Source: Octopus vulgaris
Lineage: Eukaryota
Assembly: GCA_951406725.2 (NCBI GenBank)
Contig: OX597816.1
Coordinates: 169,198,001 to 169,262,000, forward strand
Length of the DNA: 64,000 nt
Direction: 5' to 3'
Both the position numbers and the translations under genes were made by a program. The notes beneath the pieces are model-generated. The model did no database searches. It saw only the letters and a list, made by a program, of their open reading frames with translations, and had not been told where the DNA came from. Below, piece after piece: positions 12,950-27,464 of this stretch (the stretch's first letter is position 1; each line of letters begins with the position of its first letter).

Positions 12950-13340
12950 ACTTCTTCTTCTTCTTCTTCTCCCCCTTCTCCCCTTCTCCTCCCCTTCTCC
13001 CCTTCTCCTCCTCCACCCCACCTCCTCCTCGTCCTCTCTTCTCCTCCTCTCCTTCTTCTTTTTCTTCCTCTCCTCCTCCTCTTCCTCCTCCTCCTCCTCC
13101 TCCTCATCATCATCATCTCCTCCTCCTCCTCCTCTCTTCCTCTCCTCCTCCTCCTCTCTTCCTCTCCTCCTCCTCCTCTCTTCCTCTCCTCCTCCTCCTC
13201 CTTATCTCCTCTCCTCCCACTCCTCCTTCTTTTTCTTCTCCTCTTCTTCTTCTCCTTCTTCTTCTCCTTCTCCCCTCCCCCTCCCCCTTCTTTTTCTTCT
13301 TCTTCTTCTTCTTCTTCTTCTTCTTCTTCTTCTTCTTCTA
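12950..13340. repeat. Polypyrimidine (CCT/TCT)n low-complexity tract
   Basis: ~390 bp almost entirely C and T. Confidence 0.9.
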
Positions 13341-13399
13341 GATTTCCTATCTCTCATCATGGCAACACGCTTCATCGTCCTCACCCTCCACCTTACCAC

Positions 13400-13600
13400 G
13401 AATTCAACGCTAAGCTGTCCCCTATCAACGCCGTCGGAATGTCCTCAGCTCCATGTTGCGTGTCCCTGCCAATGACATCAGTAATAGTCGAGTGGTCGCT
13501 CTCCTCTGTTGAGCTGTGGACGTTCTCCAAAATATTACGTCTGACGCGGCCTGCTTGTCCAGCACGACAGCGGTGGCCAGCAAAGCCTACCTTGCCTTGA
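13400..13600 (-). pseudogene. RTE-clade LINE C-terminal remnant
   Basis: Manual minus-strand translation gives GFAGHRCRA and QAASDVIFW, resembling the RTE 'RFAGHC..R....SDVILW' region. Confidence 0.45.
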
Positions 13601-14221
13601 ACAACAATAACAAAATTAAGTGGACCTGTTTCCGCAAAACCTCTCTGGATTTAGGATCATGCAATGAATTACTCTGAGCCTTCATGAGGCGATTCTGAAG
13701 CTTCTTCATTGCTCAAGGTCCAGTTGCAGAGAAAAGTACACTAACTATATATGCATTCTTTTGCTAATTTCAGTCATTGGACTGCAGCCATGCTGGGGTT
13801 TAAAGAGTTTAAAGGGTCTTAAATGGTTTAGACTAGAGGTTTTCAACCGGGGTCCATATAACCTTGGGGGTTCATATACAATTTTGTTGTTAAAATTTAT
13901 GTGCAATAAATTTGTCATACGGTTTGTGCGCGAGGCAGACGATAGATCGAGGAAGAGGGGGATTACTGTTTGGAAGGAGAATTTCCTTCCATTAAGACTT
14001 CAGGAAGAACAATTTCTGGCGTTTTCTCTCTCCGTTTAATTTAGGCTTTTTGGATACATTTTCTTCACTTTTTACACTTTGCAGGTCGTTTCATTAGAAT
14101 AGAACCAAAAGAAGTCTGCTTTTTCCTGCCTTCCAAAAAGTTACGAAAATGAGCCAGAGTTGTTTCATTAAATAAAGTAGCTGCACGACCTGTAGCTACT
14201 TTTTCAGGATAATATTCTTCT

Positions 14222-14385
14222 ACAAGTTCAAATTCCGCTGAGGTCGACTTTGCCTTTCATCCTTTCGGGGTCGATAAATTAAGTACCAGTTACGCCACTG
14301 GGGTCGATGTAATCGAATTAATCCGTTTGTCTGTCCTTGTTTATCCCCTCTATGTTTAGCCCCCTGTGGGCAATAAAGAAATAAA
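14222..14385 (+). mobile_element. Meta-type SINE (family M), partial; noisy duplicate at ~15290-15423
   Basis: GTCGACTTTGCCTTTCATCC core and AGCCCCCTGTGGGCAATAAAGAAAT tail. Confidence 0.8.
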
Positions 14386-15126
14386 TATTCTTCTACAAAT
14401 TCAGAAAAGTACTGCGACTTCGCCAACATTGCCTTTATCTGGTGTAGTATATTTGTGTGTGTGTGTGGCAGCGCACGATGGACTTCTGCGCATTTTCTAT
14501 TTACCAAATTCCATACACAACGCATTGGTCAACCTGAAGCTATTTATCCAAGATACTGCACAGTGATTTACAATGGGAAGCCACGCAGATGTGAAATGAG
14601 CTTCTTGGATACACACCTACATCTTTCAGCAATTTTGAATACAGAAGTGATTTATAACTCTGTCCTCCTGAGACTTTCTGTATTCTATTCACATCATTAA
14701 TCAAGTTTATGTGTGTATATGCTCTTTCATTGATTTCCCAGTAATTTTTCGAAGTTTGAAAAAGCGAAGTGGTTTCTCCTGAAGTTTTTTAATTATTCAC
14801 TCCGTATGGTTCTCCGCCATCGCCGTCATCGTTCTCGTGCCATTGTGTGGACAAAAATTAGATCCGATTTAACAGATCTGTGATCAAAGGCATTCCAGGT
14901 CTGATCATCTTGAATTTTGTTGATGAAATTTATGTGCAATAAATTTGTCTTCAGTTTGTGAGTGGTAGACGATATGCTTGAGGAAGAATTACTGTTTCAG
15001 CGACCACATGAATTTCCTTCATAACTTCAGGCAAGTTGCAATTTCTGGCACTCCAGCGGATTTAGGCATTATGGCACAACATTAACTAGAAAGCTTGTAT
15101 GTATGTGTATGTGTATGTGTGTGTTT

Positions 15127-15167
<41 letters not shown>

Positions 15168-15172
15168 GTATG

Positions 15173-15226
<54 letters not shown>

Positions 15227-16041
15227 CATATATACACATATCATATACACATATCATACACACACACACACACACACACGCACACACATAGCCTTTCGGG
15301 GTCGAAAATTAAGTACCAGTTACGCCACTGGAGAGTCGATGTAATCGTGGAACTATAATCCGTTTGTCTGTCCTTGTTTGTCCAACCTCTATGTTTAGTC
15401 CTGTTGGGCAATAAAGAAATAAATATTCTTCTACAAATTTACAGAAAAGTACTGCGACTTCGCCAACATTGCCTTTATCTGGTGTAGTATATTTTGTGTG
15501 TGTGTGTGGCAGCGCACGATGGACTTCTGCGCATTATTCTATTTACCAAATTGCCATTGCACACAATAAACATTATGTTATCGACGCCCACGGTAAAGAA
15601 ACAAAAGAGAGAGTCAACAAAGAAACAATTATAAAGATGCTTATACTGTTGCAAATACAGCGAACACAAGCACATCTTCACACACAACATCAAAATCATC
15701 CATGCCTATATAAACACTTTCGGCACAAAATGCTATCATCCCCGAGACAACATTGCGATAAAAGTGACAAGAAAGTACATTGGCCTGCCAAATACAAACA
15801 CATATGCATTATCCTGTTTCTTTGTTGAGGCAGGTTATATATATATACTGGACTATTTGATGAACTTTTGTTAACATTGTGAAATTGTTTTTCTTACAGT
15901 TGTGAACTCGTTTCAATTATGGTTTCCGTATTGTTTTATAACGTATTTACTTTTGTGTCCGGGGAAAGTCATTCTCTTTTAGTGCCTTATTATTTAACAC
16001 ACTCACCGGTAAAATTTCCATTTATTTCTTATTTTTATTTT

Positions 16042-16078
16042 CTAAAATTTTCGTTGCGTGTTGCAACCTTTTCAATAG
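16042..16078 (-). ncRNA. Minimal hammerhead variant with U3-A8 core
   Basis: Minus strand CTA TTGAAAA G GTTGC AACAC GCAAC GAA AATTT TAG; helix I only 3 bp. Confidence 0.4.
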
Positions 16079-17605
16079 TCTTGACTCTGTCCGTTATTTA
16101 CACTGCGTTCCGTTTTGTTTGTTTGTGCGCATATGTGTGGGTCAGTGTGTGTGTGTATGTGTGCCTATACATGCATACATGTATTTACTTTTGTTTTTGT
16201 AATTGTTATTTTTTACTGTCTATCTTCATTTCATTTCTGTCATAACAAACTCACTGTAAGGGGAATACTGTTGTGAGATTCCTACAGAGTTTTGAAACAT
16301 GGATCTCTGATTTTCTGAGTCCAGAACCATGACCTAACCTATCTCCGTTAAAAGAAGAGTATTGCCATAAAAGATTAAAGCCCACAGGAATACGACTTCA
16401 CCAATTAGCATGGCTGACTTAATGGTCGATGCGGCAAACTTCAAATGATGTTAGCAAGTTTTCCCGCTTTACAGTTTCACCGAAGATTCTAGAATAGTAG
16501 CTTATAGCTATAAAAAGTTGCCAAATTTAATCTCAGGCCAGGGTCACTCAGCCGTCCAGGGAAATCACTTGTCTAAGCGAGTTATCTCTCCTTCTCTTTC
16601 ACATGATTATGCCATTCTCGACAAAAGATATCAACCTTAAATTATCATGTTGAGTGATAATTAACTATATGATGTAATTTAAATTCTTTTTACTTGTTTT
16701 ATCTTCAACGTCTATGCTCCACTGTCGTGATATTTTTTAGCATGTTGTGTTACAGAAGATTCCCTAACGTTCTTCCATTCATTTATTTGATGGACCCTTA
16801 TAAATGTAAACAAAGGCAGTTAATAAAATATAAAAAAATCATATTTTAGTGTGATCATATGTCTTTACAAAGCTTTACAGCGAGAGAAACTATTGGAAAA
16901 TAGATCACACACACACACGCACGCACGCACACAAATATAGTACACCAGAAAAATATATTAAAATATAACTTAGGGTTTTCATTATAAAATTAATGTAAAC
17001 ACAAAAAAATGTAACTTCAATTAATATTTCAGTTAGGTGATTCCACGATGGAACTACTAAAAATAACAGCCAAAAGACACCTTAGGTAATATTTTCTGGG
17101 GAATTGCATGTGAAAAGAAAGAACTGGAATGTGTTTATAACACTGTGTAACAAAATTTTATTATTATTATTACTATTATTATTTATTTTTTTTTTGGCCT
17201 TTTGTCAGTAAGTGTTATTTCGTATTTGCTTCTATCTAGAAATCAAAGGAAACGACTACTATTCCCTTCAAACTTCCCTTTTCTGACCTGGACAGTTGCT
17301 TGACTTTAACCTCTTGAGTATGTCCCCCTGTAGATGACAAAATGTGCATCGCTGATCATGAGCAGGAGTAGTGAGGGAGCACCATAGTCATGTGTTGAGA
17401 GGGATTCTTTGGGATTTGAATAAATGTAACAAAAGCAAAGTTTGAAGGAAATATTTTCCAATTTTCATACTTCCTAGGGATAAGCAAATAGGAAATAAAA
17501 AGTGCGACTCAAGGATAGAGATCGTGTTACGCAGTATAATAGATTTGCCAGATTAGAACTGTAGATGAGCAGTATATTTTGTCCTAGCCGCAGGTTAACT
17601 AATAT

Positions 17606-17818
17606 TCTCTTTACTCTTTTACTCTTTTACTTGTTTCAGTCATTTGACTGCGGCCATGCTGGAGCACTGCCTTTAGTCGAGCAAATCGACCCCGGGACTT
17701 ATTCTTTGTAAGCCTAGTACTTATTCTATCGGTCTCTTTTGCCGAACCGCTAAGTGACGGGGACGTAAACACACCAGCATCGGTTGTCAAGCAATGCTAG
17801 GGGGACAAACACAGACAA

Positions 17819-17854
<36 letters not shown>

Positions 17855-18025
17855 ATATATACGACAGGCTTCTTTCAGTTTCCGTCTACCAAATCCACTC
17901 ACAAGGCATTGGTCGGCTCGGGGCTATAGCAGAAGACACTTGCCCAAGATGCCACGCAGTGGGACTGAACCCGGAACCATGTGGTTGGTTAGCAAGCTAC
18001 TTACCACACAGCCACTCCTGCGCCT
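17606..18025 (-). mobile_element. CORE-type SINE family A, full length, with internal (TA)/(TG) tract
   Basis: Head GGCGCAGGAGTGGCTGTGTGG..GGGTTCAGTCCC, core, internal microsatellite, (GTAAAAGA)n tail. Confidence 0.9.
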
Positions 18026-18074
18026 GATGTTGTGAATTATTTTTGCTATATTTTGTATGCCTCTAAGATTATTT

Positions 18075-18570
18075 GCTAGGGTCTCTGAGAGGGGCCACGT
18101 TTCTGCTCCATTAGAGAAGAATGGAGAGGAATGATGCTTCGATAGCAGAGCTCTGAGAACAGTTGAGAAGATCAGATGGTACCATTATGTTTCCAACAAA
18201 GAACTGTGTGCGCACACGCATCAGCCCGCATCTTCCCACCTCATAGCTTTCCGTCGCATGTACTGGTACAGATATGTCCTCTGTTTCCCGCTAGATCATC
18301 CTCTCAGAACTTTACTCTCACTCGACGCAGTAGCTGCAGACTGGAAGAGGCCTCGTGACAGGCCCCGCCACCAAAAGGCTTGACGTGATAGGAGAAGATC
18401 TCCAGAGGCTCGACATCATCTTGAAGGCTGTAGAGGGGCTGGCACGGTACCGCCAGTGATGGAAAGCATTGGTGGACCTGGTCGGCTCTACGCATGATGA
18501 CGCCTCTGGGACCACTAACTTGGTATAACCCCAGTCCCATCAAGCAAGAACATAAAGCCAAGCCAAGAAG
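18075..18570 (+). pseudogene. RTE-clade LINE 3' remnant with inverted 5' segment
   Basis: Plus strand RRMYWYRYVL..WKRPRDRPR..LDVIGEDL..WKALV; 18075-18170 reads GAETWPLSET on the minus strand. Confidence 0.6.
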
Positions 18571-19939
18571 CTAAGATTATTTAAATTCAGGTGAAACCTT
18601 ATTTTATTTTTTTCAAAATGAACTCCTTGGCGAAAAAAGCCTACAGTTTGAATTAGAATACTTATTTCGCTGTAATATGAATATTACAGATGGCGGCAAA
18701 TGGCAGAACCTTTATAACGAAGGAAAAAAAAAATCTTATGGCATTTGTTCCGGGTCCTTCCGTTCTGAGTTAAAATCTCCCCAGGTTTAACTTAACCTTT
18801 CATCCTTTTAGAATCAATAAAGTAAAGTACCTGTTAAGTACGGAGGTCGATAAGATCGACAGTTTCTTTCCAAGAAATTTTCTATCTAATTCCTGTATTT
18901 GTTTGTTTGGTATTTATTTTAAGCTTGTTTTTATTTTTAGTTTGCCTTGCTCAAATTCAAATCACTCACTAACAAAATGACAAGACTCTTTTTCATTCAT
19001 GTGTGTGCAAGTACTAATTATTCTACCTTCCTAGAATAATACCCAAACTTTTTATCGAGTCAACTTTCCATTTAGTTAAATTTAATATGGTTAACCCTAA
19101 AACAACATTAATTATTACTGGCACTGATAGGCTGTTTCTCAGCTCGCTGGGACTTGTCACATTCCAATCTTTTTCTTTTTTTTTTTTCTTTCGGTAAAGG
19201 GACAGTTTGGAAACGTACCAATTCTCTTTCCACAGGGGAGAAAAATCCAGAAAAATAGAAAATATTCTATTTTATTAATCTATTTAATCTAATTTTAGCT
19301 AATATTAAAAGGGTTATGTGACACCAACATTTTTCGGGGTTATTTCCCTTACATCTCCCCTTTTTTTTGTTTTTGTTTTTGCGATAATCAACTTACCTCC
19401 CCTGTTACTTCCTAGCTATCATTCAGACAGCAATAATAAAACATAAATGTTCCAAGTTTTATTTAATATCTTTCATCTTTGTTGCTTTTCATCTGATACC
19501 GTTTAATAACATCGATATTTATCGGCTTCACCGCTTAATCAAAACTTCAGTATTTCGCCAATAATCAACATTTCAGCATATTGTCATTTATCAATATTTT
19601 CAACACTTCACCGTTTACCAACACTCACTTTACTGGTTAGGTTCAAACACATCTGGAAGGAGGATAATGTCGATTGTATCGATTCCCAATACTTGGTCGC
19701 TGATTTATTTTATTGATTCCGACAGAAAGATGAAACGCGAATTCGATACAGTCGGTATTTTAACAACAACAAAAAAACCCCATAAAAGTGACAACGTAAG
19801 AGATCGCCATGCCTTTAATTTGTCATTCAGCAGTTTTCGACACTTACTACCGTAATCATATTTCTATATTTCATCTCAGACGATCAAAGGTCCTCTTCAA
19901 ACCTTAGAATCACGAGGCCAATTTTCTGGATTTTGTACC

Positions 19940-20038
19940 AGCGTGGCATCTTGGGCAAGTGTCTTCTGCTATAGCCCCGGGCCGACCAATGCCTTGTGAG
20001 TGGATTTGGTAGACGGAAACTGAAAGAAGCCTGTCGTA

Positions 20039-20080
<42 letters not shown>

Positions 20081-20292
20081 CGTGTGTCTGTGTTTGTTCC
20101 CCTGGCGTTGCTTGACGGCCGATGCTGGTGTGTTTGCGTCCCCGTCACTTAGCGGTTCGGCAAAAAGAGACCGATAGAATAAGTACTGGGCTTACAAAAA
20201 TAATAAGTCCCGGGGTCGAGTTGCTCGACTAAAGGCGGTGCTCCAGCATGGCTGCAGTCAAATGACTGAAACAAGTAAAAGAGTAAAAGAGT
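19940..20292 (+). mobile_element. CORE-type SINE family A, 5'-truncated
   Basis: Body and tail match 33429-33836. Confidence 0.9.
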
Positions 20293-20544
20293 ATATATAT
20301 ATTCCACTCACCACCCCCTCCTGGACGGGGTGCCGGTCCGTTACAGGATTACTAATATCTGCTGGCTGAGTAGACTGGACCAACGTGAAATGAAGTGTTT
20401 TGTTCAAGAACACAGCGCGTCGCCCGGTCCAGGAATCGAAAACACAATCGGAAGATCATGAGTGCAACATTCTACCGCTACACATTATACATGTTCTTAT
20501 TTTCTATTTTAATGTCTAGATTTCTATTTTCTTTTTTTTTTTTC

Positions 20545-20765
20545 TGTAGATGATCCCCCAATGCTGAGAAGTAGCGACTCGAACTGGACACAGCCCCCTT
20601 ATCACCGAGCTCCGCACCCTGTCGAGTAATGTTACTCCATAGATCCTCCGTACCGTTACTATTTCTTTGCGCTCCTACTCTTTCCGTCATTACCCAACAT
20701 TTACGACCAGAGTTGAGAATAAGCATGAAGACTGAATTGAAGATTCTTTCCTGGGGATCGAACAC
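20545..20765 (-). pseudogene. RTE-like LINE remnant
   Basis: SGRKCWVMTERV resembles RTE 'YG.ECWVMTER'. Confidence 0.45.
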
Positions 20766-20935
20766 TGGACCAGGTCAGGAAAAAGCAGAATGATACGATA
20801 CTTTAGAAATGAAGTTTTAGTATTTAGCATTGCATTTAATCGCTTACGCACGATACGAAAACCTTGTATACCAAAAGGCTTGCGGCATTTCATTTTTTCA
20901 AATAATTCTTTTAAATAATTGATATCTTTTCAGAA

Positions 20936-21352
20936 AGGTGTAGGAGTGTCTGTGTGGTAAGTAGCTTGCTTACGAACCACATGGTTCCGGGTTCAGTCCC
21001 ACTGCGTGGCACCTCGAGCAAGTGTCTTCTACTATAACCTCGGGCCGACTAAAGACTTGTGAGTGGATTTGGTGGAGAGAAACTGAAAGAAGCCCGTCGT
21101 ATATATGCATATATATATATATATATATATGTGTGTGTATGTATGCGTGTGTGTATATGTTTGTGAGTCTGTGTATGTCCCCCAACATCGCTTGACAACC
21201 GGTGCTGGTGTGTGTTAACGTTCCCATAACTTAGCGGTTCGGCAAAAGAGAACGATAGAATAAGTACTAGGCTTACGAAAAATAAATCCTGGGGTCGATT
21301 TGCTCGACTAAAGGCAGTGCTCCAGCATGGCCGCAGTCAAATGACTGAAACG
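20936..21352 (+). mobile_element. CORE-type SINE family A
   Basis: Full head, core, internal microsatellite and tail. Confidence 0.9.
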
Positions 21353-21547
21353 AAAAAAACAACTATTGTGGCTGTATCAAATATTTCTTGCAAAATCTTA
21401 TACGTGCATACATACATATGTATATAAAAATATACATATACATATTATATATATGTATATGTACACACACACACACGCATATATACACACACATGCACAC
21501 ACACACATATATGTATATATATATATACATATATATATATAAATGTG

Positions 21548-22411
<864 letters not shown>

Positions 22412-22465
22412 GTATATATATATATATATATATACATATATTTATATATATATATATATATATAT

Positions 22466-24287
22466 TGATGAAAATGGTACTCTTCAAGACAATGCCAAAA
22501 CCATGGGAGAGATATTGCAGAAACAATATTGCTCTGTTTTCAGCAATCCTGATATGACTGATCTGGGCTGTATCAGTGATGTTACTCCCCAATACACTTT
22601 ATCGGACGTAACCTTTGGCGCTCCTGATGTCTTAGCAGCAATAAAGGAAATGAAGCATAATTCAGCAGTAGGTCCCGATAGGTTCCCTGCTTGTGTCTTG
22701 AAGATGTGTCAAAACCAACTTGCACCCCCTCTAGCCAATCTGTGGCGGAACTCACTGGATGCTGGATATATACCAGAAGACCTTCTATCCCAGTCTGTTG
22801 TCCCAGTTTTCAAAAAAGGAAACAAATCGCTTGCCGTGAATTACCGTCCAATCTCACTCACCTCTCATATCATTAAGGTATTTGAGAGAGTGCTGAGATC
22901 GCGTATGACTTACTTCCTTGAGAGTCATAATATGCTGAACTCCAACCAGCACGGATTCCGTAATGGAAGAGATTGCCTGACGCAGCTACTGCATCATTTT
23001 GATGACATTTTGAGAGCCTTGGGAGAGGGTTCCAACACTGATGTCATCTACCTTGATTTCAGCAAGGCCTTTGACAGGGTTGATCATAAGATCCTTTTGA
23101 GAAAGCTGTCCAATATTGGTGTCACTGGAAAGCTGCTGCAGTGGATCAAGTGCTTCTTGTCTAACAGAACCCAACATGTTGTAGTCGAAGGAGTCAAATC
23201 CAGCCCAGCCAAAGTCAGCAGTGGTGTCCTACAAGGCACTGTGTTGGGCCCACTTCTCTTCATCATCTACATAAATGATATTACTGACACCATCAAACAC
23301 AGTAACATCAGAACCTTCGCTGATGATTCCAAGCTCCAGAAGGTCATCAATGGCGTGGATGACCGAATAAGCTTTCAGTCAGACCTACTGGCTGTTGTCC
23401 AATGGGCGGAAAAGAACAACATGTTGCTAAACGAAGACAAATTCGAACTGATCCACTTTGGAAGGGAGGACGCTCTGAAACTCACATACTCCCTTCCTTC
23501 TGGAGAAATTCTCATGGCGTCCAACAACATCAGAGACTTGGGAGTAACAGTGGACAACAACATAAGCTGGGCTACACATATAAGCAGCAAAGTTGACATG
23601 GCCCGCAGAATGTGTTCCTGGATTCTCAGAACCTTCCAGTCGAGAGATTCCCACACTATTATCCTTCTCTTCTCCACTTTTGCCCGACCCCACCTTGAAT
23701 ACTGCTGTCCACTGTGGTCTCCCTACACAAAACAAAATATTATGAGAATTGAAGCTCCCCAAAGGTCAATCACAAAAAAAATAGATGGCATGTCAGACCT
23801 TGACTACTGGGGTAGACTAGAGAAGCTGAAACTGTATTCACTCCAACGACACCGTGAACGCTACATTATCTGTATGATGTGGAAAATATTCCATCAGCAC
23901 TGTCCGAATGATGTTGGCATCACCTTCAAAATACATCCAAGGCTTGGACCACGTGCCATCCGTCCACAACAAAAATCTAAATCGCATCACATAACGACAA
24001 TACGGCACAATTATTTCACCTCAATTGGACCCGCTCTCTTCAACATTACACCAGGACACGTCAAAACAGAAACTGACCACACGAAATTCAAGAAGTCTTT
24101 GGACAAATTCCTTCAAACAGTTCCGGACAAACTACCCACACCCGGATATGTCTCCGCAAACAATAACTCTCTGCTCGAATGGGCCTCGGTGTCCAAATCC
24201 TGAATTGAAAGACTTCGCCAGGTGGTGCTATTAAGTTAGACATGGCCTGGGCCAATACTGGCCAAAACCTTTCTAAGTTATTCTAAG

Positions 24288-24290
<3 letters not shown>
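22466..24290 (+). mobile_element. 5'-truncated CR1/Jockey-group LINE, RT ORF open to the stop at 24203
   Basis: [58 protein letters not shown]; ends (TTCTAAGTTA)2; (TA)n on both flanks. The YIYI N-terminus of ORF 22188 is microsatellite read-through. Confidence 0.92.
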
Positions 24291-24323
<33 letters not shown>

Positions 24324-24528
24324 TACATACATACATCCAAATGTCACTTTTAAAGGTAAAAATGTCTTCCCGTTCCTCTCTTCTGAACATTTTTTTCTCA
24401 TGAGGCCAACTTGTCGGTTACAGAGAATCTCGTTACCCCTGTCTGAGCAATCAGAACGTAAAGAACCAGAACAATTACCTTAGAAAACGTTTTCCAGTGC
24501 TCAAACATTCTAGCAATTTCCTGAGCAG

Positions 24529-24591
<63 letters not shown>

Positions 24592-24592
24592 G

Positions 24593-24624
<32 letters not shown>

Positions 24625-25339
24625 TACATACATATACATTCACACATATATATTTGTATGTATATGTGTGTGTATGTGTGCTTGTGTGCGTGCGTGAGCG
24701 GATGTGTTTGTGTGTGTGTGTTCGCGCGTGCGCGTGTTTGTATCGTTTGTACACATATATAAAGTACTTAGGTATATTAACCTCAGGTAAAGTGTATATC
24801 ATTAAATCAATTGGAGGTGAAATTAAAAAAAAAATTATGTTGTGTCTTATGAGGGTCGTTATGCCAATAATAATAGACACACGCACTGGTTCAGTGTTAC
24901 TTCTTTATTTTTAGTCAATCGGTTAACTGTGTAACCAACTAAATAATCGAACATTTATTTAATGTGTTGGCTAAATAATCAATAGGTTGTTTGTTTGTCG
25001 AACTCCTTTCGTCGCTTTTCGCGACCTCATCAATGGCATGCCCTCACACTTCAAGATCTACCGTGAATCTATTATCACAGATTATTTTTTTAACGTCTTC
25101 CCGCTTAATTTCTATGCAATTTATCATTTAAAAAAACAAACTGTTTCGAACCGAATTGACATCGCATACACATCTTTCATAAAATTTGCTAGAGGAAAAT
25201 ATTTACTTCTCCAGTTTCACTTTCTGTTTCAAGTGATATATGAAAAAGATGAAAATTGGAAAAAAAAATCTATCGTAAGTCGTCTGAGGTACGTCTACCA
25301 TGCTACCTCTTTCTCCATAACCTCCAAACAGAGGGAAAA

Positions 25340-25870
25340 GCTTTATAAATTATAGCAAGGATTCAGTGTGATATCATGAAAGTACACGGATCCGTCCTAC
25401 TTACTTATGAAAGCTGTCTTTACTTGGAGAACGTTTTGTGGTTACTCTGGCTCCTGAAGGAGGTCTGTCTGACGGTACTGCTGCGCATGTCAAGTGCATT
25501 TTGAATGGGCAATGTCCTTTCGTAGCAGAGCCATTCCAAGATCGTTTGGAAATTGTACATATATCTCGAAATCTGGAAGTTTTCCTTATCGATGTCCAGA
25601 GTATTCCCAAAAACATCGCCACTCGTATCCTCGCTAAACTTCTATATAATGTGAGTTTGGTGCTTCACCGACTGCATCACCCAGCAAAGTAACGCTTGAG
25701 ATACCGAGCGTCCTATCCCGGCTTAAAATTTGATCCAGGACTTTATCTCCGTTAAATATACGAGCAGCAGGAAAACTATTTCGAACAAATGATGACTCAA
25801 CGCATCTTTTGTCTGAGAATCAATGAAAGTATCTGAGGCTCAGCACATGCATGCGCATTATCAACCACAA
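25340..25870 (-). pseudogene. Highly decayed L1/Tx1-like RT remnant
   Basis: Fragments MFLGILW and ILEWLCYERTLPI occur in an order compatible with the Tx1 RT at 10101. Confidence 0.3.
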
Positions 25871-26014
25871 CATTTCGAACGCTTCACAGGTTATGTGTTG
25901 TTACTAAAGAAATGGAAGTGTAGACAATCTAGTCTGCTCATATTGCTTTAAAATTATCGAAGTGTAGGTGTTCAACACCCTTTCCTGAACTTCAATATTA
26001 GTATATTTCTGACT

Positions 26015-26625
26015 GGTGAGGGCGCGTGGCTTAGTGGTTAGGGCATTCGGCTCATGATCGTAAGGTTGTGAGTTCGATTCCCGGCAACGCGTTGTGTCCT
26101 TGAGCAAGGCACTTTATTTCACGTTGCTCCAGTCCACTCAGCTGGCAAAAATGAGTTGTATTTTCAAAGGGTCAGCCTTGTCACTCTCTGTGTCACGCTG
26201 ATTATCCCCGAGAACTACGTTAAGGGTACACGTGTCTGTGGAATGCTCAGCCATTTGCACGTTGATTTCACGAGCAAGCTGTTCCGTTGATTCGGATCAG
26301 CTGGGACCCTCGTCGTCGTAACCGGCGGAGTCTTTAGGTTGTCAGCATCATGATCATAAGATTGTGGTTTCGATACCTGGACTCTTGAGCAAGACACTTT
26401 ATTTCACGTTGCTCCAGTCCACTCAGCTGGCAAAAATGAGTTGTACTTGTATTTTCAAAGGGTCAGCCTTGTCACTCTCTGTGTCACGCTGATTATCCCC
26501 GAGAACTACGTTAAGGGTACACGTGTCTGTGGAATGCTCAGCCATTTGCACGTTGATTTCACGAGCAGGCTGTTCCGTTGATCCGGATCAGCTGGGACCC
26601 TCGTCGTCGCAACCGACGGAGTCTT
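26015..26625 (+). mobile_element. Tandem dimer of SINE (head C, tail 1)
   Basis: GCGTGGCTTAGTGGTTAGGGC..GAGTTCGATTCC head; body ~26100-26335 repeated at ~26385-26625. Confidence 0.85.
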
Positions 26626-26824
26626 TAAGAAGAAGATTTCTGACTGAGTCAGGGTTTCCTACTTCTTGTTCTTGTTCGCCTAAAAGTCTGTACCCTACGT
26701 GATACTGAGCATCTATGCAGACCGTCAGATCAGCTTGAAGTCATCTTTCCGGTTCCCAAATCGTAAGCTCACCATTTTATTCTGATTATACAGATACCCA
26801 TTTTTATTTCATTTTCTTCCATTA

Positions 26825-27266
26825 AGGAAGAGTGGCTGTGTGGTAAGTAGCTTGTTTACCAATCACATGGTTCCGGGTTCAGTCCCACTGCGTGGCACCT
26901 TGGGCAAGTGCCTTCTGCTATAGCCTCGGGCCGACCAAAGCCTTGTGAGTGGATTTGGTAGAGGGAAACTGAAAGAAGCCCGTCGTATATATGTATATAT
27001 GTATATATGTATATGCGTGTGTGTGTGTTTGTGTGTCTGTGTTTGTCCCCTTTGTCTGTGTTTGTCCATTGCTTGACAACCGATGCTGGTGTATTTATGC
27101 CCCCGTCACTTAGCGGTTCGGCAAAAGAGACCGATAGAATAAGTACTGGGCTTACAAAAGAATAAGGCCCCGGGGTCGAGTTGCTCGATTAAAGGCGGTG
27201 CTCCAGCATGGCCGCAGTCAAATGACTGAAACAAGTAAAAGAGTAAAAGAGTAAAGAGTAAAGAGT
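26825..27266 (+). mobile_element. CORE-type SINE family A
   Basis: Matches the family throughout. Confidence 0.9.
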
Positions 27267-27464
27267 ATCTTTTCACAAAAACCGGCCTTATCAATTAGAT
27301 AGTCGAATATAATACAGATTTCTAACTTCGGCTCAGGTTACAAATTTTGCAGGAGAGAGTTTAGTCAATTAAATCATCCTCAGCATTTTGTTCGATGCTC
27401 CACCGATTCTGTCAGTCTACCATTCTCTTAATATTTTAGGCATAAGAACAGCAATGTGGTGAAA

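Noticed and set aside
12947-13600. 217-aa Ser/Leu/Pro-rich ORF
   Set aside because: Low-complexity CT tract plus the antisense of an RTE remnant.
24841-24882. GTGTC TTATGA..GACAC HHR-like stem
   Set aside because: Both core halves deviate and there is no GAAA.
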